From: Eledone cirrhosa
Taxonomy: Eukaryota
Assembly: GCA_964016885.1 (NCBI GenBank)
Contig: OZ024745.1
Location: forward strand, 9,300,001-9,364,000
Direction: 5' to 3'
DNA length: 64,000 nt
Position 1 is the first letter of the stretch; each line of letters opens with the position of its first letter. Below are positions 25,461 to 37,446 of the stretch, in pieces. Under the pieces are notes generated by a model. It saw only the letters and a program-made list of their open reading frames with translations. It did no database searches and was not told the DNA's origin. Made by a program: the position numbers and the translations under genes.

Positions 25461-26560
25461 TTAAATCGATAATGACCTTCTCAGAACTTGGATTGTACCA
25501 GTCAGCAATATATTCTGTATCTCTTGCAGAGATGACTTCCCAGGTATCTGGACCAAATATTTTTCAGTTCCCTTTTTTATCATTTCAAGTGCACCGACCA
25601 TCACTGGTATTGTACAGGCCATAAGATGCCACATCTCAATTTCAATTGATAGATCTTTATACTTACTGAGCTTCCTGAACTCTTTTGAGATGTTACATTC
25701 TGATGGAATACTCATGTCAATTTTGATATGTTTTCTCTTTATGGTCCTTCACATATATATCAGGTCTGTTGGCCTTGATTGTTCTGTCAGTATTAACAGG
25801 GAAATCCCATAGGATTGTCATGGTCTCACCTCCTGTTACTACATCTGGGTGATGGTTGTACCATTTTCCCTTCGTTTTTAGACCATATAACCTGCACATT
25901 ACCCAGCGTAAGTATTTTCCACTCTGTTATGCCTTGTATATTCCTGTGTAGTTAATACCTTGCAGCCTGAAACCAGGTGGTCAATGGTCGTGACATGGTC
26001 ATTGTAGAATTGACACCTTTAGTCAGTTCCATTTCTGATCACATTGGCTTGAAAGTTGCACGTTAAAAGACTCTGGTCTTGTGCAGTCAAAATGAAGCCC
26101 TCATTCTCTGCCTTTAGTCCAGAATTCTATAGCCTCTGATGGGTAAGAGTTTACTACAGAGAACATACTGTTCATACATTGGTTTTTACTCCCATTTAGT
26201 GCACAGTTTCTGTTGGTATTTTGCCAACATTTTGATATTCTTTGCAGCTTTAATTGCAGAATCGCTATCATTTTCAAACTGTATTCGCAGATCTTCTGCA
26301 AACTTCCTACTTTCCTTTGTGACTAAATGTAACTTCTTCTTCCTTTCGTGATCTGCAACCATTTTCATCATCCAGTCATCTGTGGTTTTAAGGTACTGAT
26401 TGAGTCCAATGGTTGATATCTTGTATGTAAGCTCTAACTGGATTATTCCTCTACCTCCACTTTGTCTAGGGAGATAGAAGTGATTCATGTCTGCTTCTGG
26501 GTGATGTATTCTATTACAAGTCAAATGTTTACTGATTTTGGTGTCCATTCTCTTAATCAT
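25461..26560 (-). mobile_element. Decayed 3' part of an R4/Dong-clade LINE (restriction-like endonuclease)
   Basis: LPRQSGGRG, AQDQSL, HLVSGC...RHN, ILWDFPVNTDRTIKANRPDI, K..KYKDL..EI..W, IPVMVGALE across broken frames. Confidence 0.85.
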
Positions 26561-27433
26561 AATATAAAGGGAGGAGTGCGGGACTGCATCCTGAATATAT
26601 ATTTTTTATCCCGTTTGTAAAATAAGTAGGATTACTTTGAATGAATAATGAATGAATATTACATAGTTTATCTACTAAATTTCGTAACTCTTGATTAAAT
26701 ATAAATAATTTTATTGTTTATTTCAAGATTCACTTCTTTTAAAATTTTCAAATGTCAATACTTCTGGTTATGAAATAATGGACACTATATTATATCGCTT
26801 ATATAAACGCTCATATATTTACATCGTTATATGGTGTTTATATTTCCGTCGCTAATTTTCTCCTTTTTTGTTTTCATAAAATTTTGCCGTAATGCAGTTT
26901 ATATATAATATCGTCTTTTTTAAATGTCTCATGGATTATGTTACTTACAGAAGACAGTGTAACACAGTCTCTTTTCAATTTCTGTGCATATTGTCAATTA
27001 TGATTTCATTTGACGTATCATATCTACGTGCATATATATTTGCATATAATATCAATATGCACACTACACATGCTAGCAGAAAATTACCTGAAGGGTGGTT
27101 TTTCTGCTTGTTTTGTTAATGTTCCAATTTATAATATTGAAATTGTTGGTGTCAACTGGTATCGCAAGCACATTTATGGCAGATAATTTATTTCTCAAGT
27201 TAAGCTCTATTTTCAAGACAGTACATACTCTCTGGTAGCATTCCGTATTGGTAAAGTGTTCGTCAACATGCTTTTCAGCATAGTTATGGCCCTTTGTGTT
27301 TTGAGTTCCAAATAAAGCACCAGTGCTAGGATCAATTTAATTGATTTTCCCCTCCCCACAAAAATTACTGGCTTTGTGCCTAAATCAGAAAGCATTATTA
27401 ACGTAGAAACAATTATTATTATTACTATTACAA

Positions 27434-27627
27434 GGGCGGTGGATTGGCAGTATTGGTAGAGTGTCGGATGCCATGCTTTGACGCATAGAGTTACGGCCCT
27501 TGCCATTCTGAGTTCAAAACCCGCCGAGGTTAACTTTGCCTTTCATCCTTACGGGGTCGATAAAATAAAGTACCAGTAATACACTGGGTAATTGCTGGCC
27601 TTGTGCCTAACGTAGAAACAATTATTA
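27434..27627 (+). mobile_element. Young tRNA-derived SINE (second family)
   Basis: A box TGGCAGTATTGG (27445), B box GTTCAAAAC (~27512), (ATT)n tail. Confidence 0.87.
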
Positions 27628-28179
27628 CTATTATTTTATTTTATTTTATTTTTTTGGCATTCATATTTTTTTAAAACTATTGGTTACTTCGTAGTGGCTT
27701 CAGATATTGGAAAATTCGTTTAAACTCAAAATCCAATTAAAAAAATTTTTTTAAATGCTTCATGTTAAATTGTAGCTTAAGAAAATAGTGAAGTTTGATT
27801 TGTTGGTGTATTGTATGTAGTTTTTGTTACATAATGCTAACTTTTTGCTTTTGTTATTATGTTAAATGTATAAATATAGTAACAGACATCTGAAAGTTCT
27901 GAGGGTAAAATATTTCTGTGAAATTTCTAATAACAGATGGTACATTTTTCTACCTTTTTAGAAAATAATATTCATTTGAATTTTTGGCACAATGAGTCTG
28001 TAACCTTGTTTTGATTCCCAGATTAAACAACTTCACGTCACAATTTCTAATTTCTCCATCACCTATAAATAAATAAATCTGTGTCTACGTACAAAACTTT
28101 ATTTAATAATTCAAACTAAAACTATTTCACTCCATAACAATTGAGTTATAATTTTAAATTTGAAGCCAAAACATAATAA

Positions 28180-28370
28180 TAATTGTTTCTTCTTTTGGCA
28201 CAAGGCCAGCAATTACCCAGTGCATTACTGCTACTTTATTTTATCGATCCCCGTAAGGATGAAAGGCAAAGTTAACCTCGACGGGATTTGAACTCAGAAT
28301 GGCAAGGGCCGTAACTCTATGCGTCAAAGCATGGCACTCGACCCTCTACCGATACTGCCACTTCACCGCC
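28180..28370 (-). mobile_element. Young tRNA-derived SINE (second family)
   Basis: Reverse complement of 27434-27627 with few differences. Confidence 0.87.
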
Positions 28371-28451
28371 TTTCATAATAATAATACCGCCAAAATATAA
28401 TGATAATAATAACAATAAGGAGCAAGAACGAAGTATAACATCATTGTTTAT

Positions 28452-28546
28452 CCGCAAGTGACACATGTTTCATGATTGATCAGCTCAAGGTATGATCGGT
28501 AGTGATCAGGCTCAACTCTGGAATCGATAGCTCATCAGACTTGTGG
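28452..28546 (-). ncRNA. Type I hammerhead ribozyme motif (decayed stem II) within an inverted-repeat unit
   Basis: Minus strand reads CCACAAGT-CTGATGA-(60 nt)-GAAACATGTGTC-ACTTGCGG-ATAAAC; stem I 7/8 bp, GUC cleavage triplet. Confidence 0.65.
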
Positions 28547-28841
28547 ATTAGCTGATCCACTGCGAAACACGCATCCCATATGAATAAACATTAGTGTTAT
28601 ATTGATACTTGATACCTGTTCCTTATTATTATTATTAACATGCTACTTCTTAAAGATAGTGATAATGATAAAGTACCAAACATAGAATCCCTCATTGGTA
28701 TCCAAACCCTAGCATTGAGTGCTCAAACTGGTTAATCATCTGTCAATAGCTATTACACGCCAATACACTTAATATATATTTATATGGACAGGACATGGTC
28801 ACCTGATCTGACTTTCTCAAAATGGATGTTAAACGATGATG

Positions 28842-28883
<42 letters not shown>

Positions 28884-30371
28884 CTAAATGTTATCAAATT
28901 AGTATTTAATTATTTTCTGAAATAAATATTTGATTCCAATGTCCACACAAGTGATACTAATATATGACTACATTTATTATGGTGTTAGTTAGTAATAAAG
29001 TTAATTAGGTTGTAGCTTTGAAAATTAGATTTATGCTGTTCTGATTGTAAATAGGTACAAAAAATAAACAAATATTTTAATTCTATGTCAACCAAATAAG
29101 AAAGGATTTGTAAAACATTGTAGAAATCGTGATGTAAAAACAAAATATTATATAGCAAATAACTGTAGATATTTCTTGGTAAGGAAGACATTATTCTTAA
29201 AAATGCTGATGTGTTCTATACCCAGCAGTGAGATTGCTAAATTATCTTTATTATGGCTTATAAATAATTCAATTTAATTTTCATCTCGTAGAAAATCAAT
29301 TTTCAGTCACTGCTTCATTTTGTTAACTATCACCCCCAACTAATAATTTAATTTTAACCAAATTTAACTTCAATATATTTTACTTGAGGCCGTTTCCCAG
29401 TCTAAACATCTGCAAATGTTTTTTTGTCATATATGTTACACATGTTTTATTGCTGTTAAATAAGATATTATTGCTATTAATGAAACCTACTATTTTCTAA
29501 TGTTTGTGAAAGCAAATTCATTGCTAGGAGTATTTTTCTATTACTTATTCTGTTGAGCTATTTTCGTAAATCAAAATAAATTTAGTCTTCTATTACTATT
29601 ACTCTCAAATGATAGGTTGATTAGAAGATTGTAGTAATACTTTTTCACCTCACCTTGTTCTGTAAAATGTATTCAGATACAGTGTTTCTCATTTTGGCAA
29701 GCTTATTTAACTTCCTGTAGAAATCTCCTACTGTGATAGGGATGGATGTCATCTGTAGAATAACTTAAAGCAATGGTTTGTAAAATGTGTGAAAACTATT
29801 ATGCATAGTACATATATACAAATATAGTTTGACTCTATGATTGTGCTTCTTCTATCTTTTCTTCCCTCTCTTTCTCTCCCTCAACAAGACATTTATATAA
29901 GCTTGAAAATGTTTTAAATTGTTCTCTATAGAACTGTAAAGTGGTTGGTGTTAGGAAGGGCATCCAGCTGTAAAAGTCCCAACCAAATTATAGTTCTGTC
30001 TGAGCAAGGTAGGGTGTGGTGAGCTGGCCAGACTTGTCTCATGACATGGTCGACCTGTCTAACCCAAGCAAGCATGGAAGAAATGGTCATTAAACAATGA
30101 TGTTGATCTCTGATTTACTACTGAAGGGTTTACTTTCCCCAGTGTCATCACTTAAACTATTATATTTAAATAATTAAAATAAAATAAAAATTATGTGATG
30201 ATGCAAAAAAGTTTTCTTCCTCATACACTTTACTCTGATTTAAAAGTATTTAATCTATTTTGTATTTGATGACTGAAATTTAAGCACGTTTCTGTTGTAA
30301 CAAATTTCTTCATGTACTTGTATGATACCTTCAGTTTTGACCATTTCTAAATTACCTGACAATCTCTTAAA

Positions 30372-30594
30372 ATGGTACGCCATCTTAGTCACAACTAGTA
30401 GACTAAAACTAGTGCATGGTACTCCATCTTGGTCACAACTAGTAGACTAAAACTAGTGCATAGTACTCCATCTTGGTCACAACTAGTAGACTAAAACTAG
30501 TGCATGGTATTCCATCTTGGTCACAACTAGTAGATTAAAACTAGTGCATGCTGCTCCATCTTAGTCACAACTAGCAGACTAAATCTAGTACATG
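30372..30594. repeat. 44-bp minisatellite, 5 copies
   Basis: CCATCTTGGTCACAACTAGTAGACTAAAACTAGTGCATGGTACT at 30380, 30424, 30468, 30512, 30556. Confidence 0.93.
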
Positions 30595-32689
30595 TATACA
30601 AGAATAGTTCCCATATGGTTTTAGTAGGATACTAGACTTTCTGTCTGCCATTGCTAGTTTGCTAAATGTTAATCTCGGTAGTACTTCTTCATGAATGTAT
30701 TATATCAGAAACAATGTTTATGTTTTGAGCTTACAGTCATATGATGCTATCATCATTGGTTTAATGTCTACTTTCCCTACTAGCATGGGTTGGACAGGTT
30801 TGCATAGACCAAGTCAGTACTGAAGTGGGGCTACTGAACTCCCAGACAGGCCAGGGATCTGTATCTCACATACGGTTTCACATTTTACCGAGTGCACAGG
30901 AGAGGTTGTTGTGTCTTTGACATGACTGAAGGATTTACCAAAACCTTTGTCTGGCAAGCTTTCTATGGCTGGATGCCATTCCTATCACCAACCATTTTAC
31001 TGTGTGTACTCTCTCTGTGCTTGTGTCTCTAGCTGCCTGTAAGGTTAGCTTCTCTATTGATTTATAAAATAAAACTGCAAATTTTATTTCAAGGTTTCAT
31101 CAAATTTAATGCAAATTATTTTATACAAATGTGCATATGTTTAAGAATACATAAATTATATTTTTCGTGTTGAATGGACTGTTTGAACTACAAAAACAGT
31201 ACAAAGAAACATACAAACAAGATAATTTTAGTCTTATTGAGATTATCAGTAGTGATAATCTTTCATCAGCACAACCAGAGGATATAAAATGATGTAATTA
31301 TTAATATATAATAGAAGCAGAAGAAATAAGTTGACATTTGGAACTGATGAAATTTCAACATTGAGAACATTTGGTGGTTATTGTGAATTAATTCATTAGA
31401 ATTGCTGAACTATTTCAGTATCAACTGCCCTGAGGTTACTTTTAGTTCTATTCTACAGACATTTTAAAATAATCAAATTTTGATTAACACCTTTCGTATT
31501 TTTATATAAAACCATTTGTTATATCTCAAACACCAATTTAGTAATTAAAAATAACTCTCAAAATGAATCAAAACACATGACGAGAATATTTTAGCACAGA
31601 TATATCCAAGATTAATACGGTTGTTTTTCCCTGTTACTAATTAGCATCCAAATTTAAATTATATATATTTTTCATGTTTCACATCTTAAAGAATAGAGAT
31701 ATATTTTGTAATAGTTGGAAAAAATTCTAATTTTCTCAATAAAATCTTTAAGTCTCATAGGTTGTAGATGCTTGAGATTAAATTTCATATTATATTGATC
31801 AGTATTGCTTCTGCTAAAAGATATAGCTGCACATGTATAAACTTGAGAATCAGTTTCATATTGTCCAGACATGCATTATTTTTGTAAAGGATAGATGTAG
31901 CTGCACATGCTTTAACTTGGGGAAGCTAGATGTTAGATCCGTGAAGGCACAATGGATACTAGTTAATCTGTATCATTGTGAAACCGGGGTAGAATAGGTA
32001 CACTATATCCCTGCATTTCATGAGAAGTGACTAAAATGTTAGGAAGGGCATCTGACTTAAATACTGCCCACAAAAGTTCCATCCAATTCATGCCAGCATG
32101 GAAAAGCTGAAATAAAAAAAGATGTACAGTGGTTGGTATACTATATCAAAAGCACTGGGCAGCTGAAGCTTAACAGGAAGGGGATTTCAATTTTGGAAAG
32201 AAAATAGGAGAAAGCTCTGTTACTGTATTTGAAGTTTGAAAGTCCAATTTGGGAGAACATTAAACTGCTTTAGATTTGTTACAAAACTGGTCATTTAAAA
32301 TTATTTATACTTATATTAAATTCTTCAATCATAATTTTATTTAATTTTTTTTGTTAAATAACGTTTTAAATATCAGCTTATTAATGAAAGGATTATGTTG
32401 TTAAATTCATCCAAGTATTGGACTATTTTCAAAACTAATTGACTGACACACAGACAGACAGACAGAGACAGACACATTTCTGTTTATTTGCCACGAGGGC
32501 ACAAAAGAAAGGGACATATACATGGGGGGGGGGGGGGGTTACATATAAATCGAGTAAGAAATATGTAATAAATAAAATTGGGAGGGATCGTTTTGGGGGT
32601 CACACACACCCCCGAAAAAAAAATGTGCGACCCTTCTCCACAGGAGCACAAAGAGAGGGTGCTCCCTTTCCTTCATCCTTTTCCACCTA

Positions 32690-35600
32690 CAGGCTGAGGT
32701 AGAGAGAAGGCCCATTCACACGAGCCATTCTAGCAACTTTCACCCACCTTTCATAAAACTGGCTGGTGTGGAGCACCTATCTCTCCATCCTGATCCTTCT
32801 TCTGAAATGGTATCGGAAGAAAAGGACGAGTTGTTGGCCGGAAAGAAAGGTGTCCGAACTCAGCCCTTTTAGACGCATCCACCACACCTCTTTTACCATG
32901 GCTATTACACAGAGGAAGACCGCCTCTCCTTCATTTTTGAAGGGGGGAGGCGGCTTGATCGTTACAATGGACTCGGTGGTCAACATAATTGGTCCCACCC
33001 GTGACAGCAGTTGTTTGACATAGCCCCACAGATCGGTAACGCCCGGGAAGTGTACCAAAGCGTGCGGGACATCTTTTTCGAGGGGTCCCTACCCGGGCGC
33101 TCGTGTCTGTAGAGCTTATCCCGAATGGGCAGAGCCCCTCGGTAGCACTGCCAGTCCAAGGACTTCTGGAAGTTGTCCATAGGTCCCGGGCCGAAAGTCC
33201 TACCGAATAGGCTGGCCAGTTCGTCCTCCTCCATGCCTAGGGTTTCTCCGAGGGCGTCGTCGCACCTGCTAACCACCAGCCCTCTATAGAATGATGAGGT
33301 GGAGTCTCCACCGATAGCCGGGTCTGCCTGCCAAAGAGCTGTGAGCGCCTGGGCACACTCGGTGTGCCAGTTGCCCAGTTTTCTCGGTCTTTGCTTCACC
33401 CAGGACTGCACTCGGTGAGCGAGACGAGCCTCGGGAAGGCTCGCCTCACAAACGGGGCCCACACCGGTTGACCGGTGAGGAATACCTGGAGGTGCCGTAG
33501 CCTCAATGCGTGTTTACACATTTTTAGCCACGGCATCCCCAGCCCTCCTTTCAAAGGGTGTTGACAACAGATGGATCTCCTCACCAGGGGAGACCCCTTC
33601 CAAAGGAAGTGAAAGAGAGCGCGCTCCATTTTGGCGAGGATCTCACCCGGGCAAGGCACGACAGTCAAGCGGTAATAGATGACGGACGCTATGTAAGCGT
33701 TCGCCACCTTCGCTCGACCTTTCAGGGATAGTTTGCACTCGGCCCACTTCTGGGTCAGTGCAAACACCCTATTCGTCACCTCACCCCAGTTTTTCTCCAC
33801 TTGGAGGTCCGGTCCGAACCAGACCCCAAGCAACTTCACTGGGCCCTCCGTCCACCGTCTGACGATACCGTCGGACGGCATCGGTTTGCCCCTCCACTCG
33901 CTGAGTTGCAAAGCGACTGACTTGTCCCAGTTCAGCTTAGCCCCTGTCAACCTTTCGTACTCCTCCAGTAAGGTGCCGATTGCCTCGATTTCCGCGCTGG
34001 TCGACACCATTACTGTTACGTCATCGGCGTAGGCTGACGCCGCTTTGCGCAATCCCGGTTCCAAAGGGATGCTCTGCAACAACTCCAACTTCCGCAGTAG
34101 TGGCTCGAGAGCCAATACATACAGAAGAGAGGAGAGAGGGCAGCCCTGTCGGATGGAGCGGGTGATTTCAAACGGCTCCGAGAGGTAGCCGTTCACCTTG
34201 ACTCTAGAGCAGATGTGGCTGCTGTGCATGGCAGTGATCCAGCCCCTGAAAATGGGTCCGAAACCATCCGCGGCTAGCACCGCATCCAGGTAACCATGGT
34301 CCACCCTATCGAAAGCTTTAGACTGATCTAAATTTATCAGGGCCCCACCAAAGCCGGGTTCGTTCCCAACCCTCTCTATGATGTATCGCATGAGATGGTG
34401 GTTGTTGTGAATGGACCTGGACGGGATAGCGCATGTCTGCGCATCTCCCACCAGGCCCTCCACGAAAAGTGCCAACCTCTTCGCTAACACCTTGGCCAAA
34501 ATCTTTAACTCTGCATTTAGCAGAGTTATGGGCCTAAAATTACTAATGTCATCACCCTTGTTCTCGTCCTTCCTCACTAGCGAGACTACGCCCTTGGTCA
34601 CAGAACAGGGAATTCTCCCGTTCTGTTGCCAGTTGCAGTAGACCGCCTCAAGGAGATCAGGGAACAAGTCCGGCATGTTAATATATAGTTCGTAGGGCAG
34701 ACCATCGAGCCCTGGAGATTTGCGTTTGCCGCATAGGCTCAGCACGTCCCCTATTTCAGCAGCTGAGATCGTCTGAAAGACGCGGCAGGCCGTCGAGGTA
34801 TGGACCGAAATCCACATCTCCAACCGGCCCCCGCCCCTCCCTTTGAAAGGCCTCGCACATTTGCTTAGGTTCAAGGATCACCCGTCCATCCTGATCTCGC
34901 AAAGACCGGATAGTGGATCTAATCCCACTTTTGGCTTATGTCACGTGGGCCCAGCTAACAGCTTTGGTCCCCTCGTTTCCCAGAGCACGTATTTTGCTTC
35001 GGACAACGCAGCCTTCATGTTTCGCATCGAAGAACTGGTTCAAGGCCGTTCTCGACGCTTGCACTCTGGCCACGTTGCCGCTTCTCATTGCCTCTTCAAC
35101 ATTAACTACCAACTCCCTTTCCTTCCTATTTCTATCTGAGGCTAACTCATTACTAACTCCTATTGAAACTACTCTAATCTCTCTTTTTAGAGAGCACCAC
35201 CACCTGCTGTTGACGATGGGGCCCGTCAACCGCTCCTTAACTAAGGTTCTAATCCGGTCCCTGTAAGCTCTACTTGCCGGTAAGGACAAGTTGAGCTTCC
35301 AGTAACCGGGTCTCTGCCTATGCGTTCTATCAAGGTGGGCTACGCAGGTCACTAACTTGTGGTCTGAATAGCCCACCATGAGCATTTCTGGACAACTTAA
35401 AAAGTCCCTATCCTTAATTCTAACTAAGAACCTATCTAGGTACGATCTAGATTGACCGCTGTGATTTGTCCAAGTCCAGGTTGGCACAGTCGGAAAATCT
35501 AGTCTATATCTATCGGCCAGGTCAAATCGGCCGATTAACCCCTTGAGGTTGTTACACACCCCCTCTATTGGGACATGCCCCTACATAGTCCCAACGTGCA

Positions 35601-36040
35601 TCTGGGATACCATTCCAGTCCCCCACTAAAAGCAAAGAGCGGGACGTCCCTAGAAAAGTTTCCAGACGATGGAAGAAATCCGATCGCATTGCCCCAAAAG
35701 GGGCGTAAACGGCGACAAGCCTAAAAGCTTCGCCTTCACCACTGCAAAGGTCCAGAACCACGAGTCGACCCTCCGGGTCCAAGTGTACCGTCTGTGTAGC
35801 GAGACCCAGATGTTTTTGCAGCAGAACGACAACCCCACCCCCACCTCCGGGCTGACAGAGAGATGCGTGCATCTCAAAGTCATCAAAGGTGGGGGCTAGT
35901 TGTCGCATGCTGCTGATCCGGGCCTCGCAAATAACCATCACATTTATACATCGTGACCTGAGGTCATTTAGAAGTTTAGCTTGCTTCTAAGGTGAGCCCA
36001 GGCCACACGTATTTAGACATCCTACTCTTAACACAGCCAT
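32690..36040 (-). pseudogene. Tx1-type ORF2 (APE + RT), frameshifted
   Basis: MAVLRVGCLNTCGL at 36040, VYAP, GDWN, SYLDRF, SDH, GYWKLN, KSPGLDG, RPITLLN, LDQSKAFDRVDH, RQGCPLS, YADD, GGLG. Confidence 0.88.
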
Positions 36041-36396
36041 GTTGGTGGTAAAGAAAGAGGCACTTACCTCTCTGCGCCCCGGGGTCCGGGCTGTTCAGTT
36101 TTCATGGGGGGGGTGGAGGGGTTGTTGGGTGGGGTGGTGGTTTGTGGTGGTGTGGGGGTATTAGTGTGTGGAGGGGTTGGGGTGTTTGAGGAGGGGAGTG
36201 GAAAACCTTTCAGGAGGACATGGTTGATGGCCTGGTGCAGGGTGGCCCCACATCCTCAGGGTAAATGTTTTTCAATGTTTTGAAAATGTCAAGTGGGACC
36301 TTCACCATTTTCAGGTTAGGGATACCCGTTGCCATTGTAAAATTCGGCCCTTCGGTTTGTACCGAAGGGTTGTTATTTATTTTGTCTGTTAAGTTT

Positions 36397-37236
36397 TTAT
36401 TGTTTGTGTTTATGTATGTGTAGAGTTTTTGTGTTGTTGTTTGTTTTTGTTTGTTGTTCTTCAGTGAGCTTGCGTTTTGTTGTCTGTGTTGTGTTGTCAG
36501 GTGGGGTTATTTTTGTTTGTGTGGTGTGTGTACGTTTTTTCCTTTTGACTTTTTGGAAGGGAGCCCCCCTCGTCTTCCGAGGATGAGCTCCTCTTCCGTA
36601 TTGGAGGGGAGGGGTATATTGCCAGGTTGTGTTTGCACTGCGTGTGTTATTGTATTTGTGTTCTGTGGGGAGGGGCTGGGTGGGACCGTGTTTTGGGTTG
36701 TTTTCTTGAGCTGTTGTTGTTGATGTTGTTGTGGTGGTGGTGCTGGAGGTGGTGTTGTTGGTTTTTGTTGTCATGGTGGTGGTGATGGTGGTGTATTTTG
36801 TTGTTTTTGTGGTGGTGGTGCTGGTTGTTTTTGTTGTTGTTAGTAGAGGGCAAGCAGTTCTCAGGTGACCTCTGCCAGCGCAGTGGTAACATGAGGGCCT
36901 CCTGCCTTCCACCGTAATATTAATAAAGGTTTGGCCATCCAGTAGTACTCGGTCGGGTATTCCGGCGATTCTCTCAGGTGTCATCTGTATGAGAACCTCC
37001 AGACTTTTCCCCCCGAACAGTCCACTGGTGGACTCACCTGCTGATATTAGGATGTCCTTTTCTAGGTCCGTGAATCCTGTCAGGACGGACCAGATGTCTA
37101 CTTCTGGCGCTGAGCTCCACATTCTTAGTCTTTGTGTTCTTCTTCCTTTATATGTGGGGAAGAAGGTGTATTGTGGTGACACTATAGGTGCCACCGAGCA
37201 TTTTTGAGACAGCATTTCGTCCTTCATTCGGACCAT
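36397..37236 (-). CDS. Tx1-type ORF1 fragment with CCHC zinc knuckle (36850-36891) and Thr-rich tail
   Basis: VEGRRPSCYHCAGRGHLRTACP; lies upstream of ORF2 on the same strand. Confidence 0.75.
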   Translation of the reverse strand: MVRMKDEMLSQKCSVAPIVSPQYTFFPTYKGRRTQRLRMWSSAPEVDIWSVLTGFTDLEKDILISAGESTSGLFGGKSLEVLIQMTPERIAGIPDRVLLDGQTFINITVEGRRPSCYHCAGRGHLRTACPLLTTTKTTSTTTTKTTKYTTITTTMTTKTNNTTSSTTTTTTSTTTAQENNPKHGPTQPLPTEHKYNNTRSANTTWQYTPPLQYGRGAHPRKTRGAPFQKVKRKKRTHTTQTKITPPDNTTQTTKRKLTEEQQTKTNNNTKTLHIHKHKQ

Positions 37237-37446
37237 AATGCTGGCATACAGCTTTCCTCATTCAATAAAGAGTATGTCTTTTTTTATGTCTTTCAGAACC
37301 AGCTCAATTTGACTTTCTGTCAATTGAGCTGGCTTACTTGTTGCGTTGGATATAGTCCTGAAGGTTATGGTATTCCTATATACCTGTTGACGAACTTCTT
37401 CTGGGGAGTTGATCGTAAAAGAACCATCCTTATTTTTGTATATATT

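Noticed and set aside
2900-32400. Host gene exons in AT-rich unique stretches
   Set aside because: No ORF with recognisable host domains or convincing splice-bounded coding exon; short exons cannot be excluded without RNA-seq
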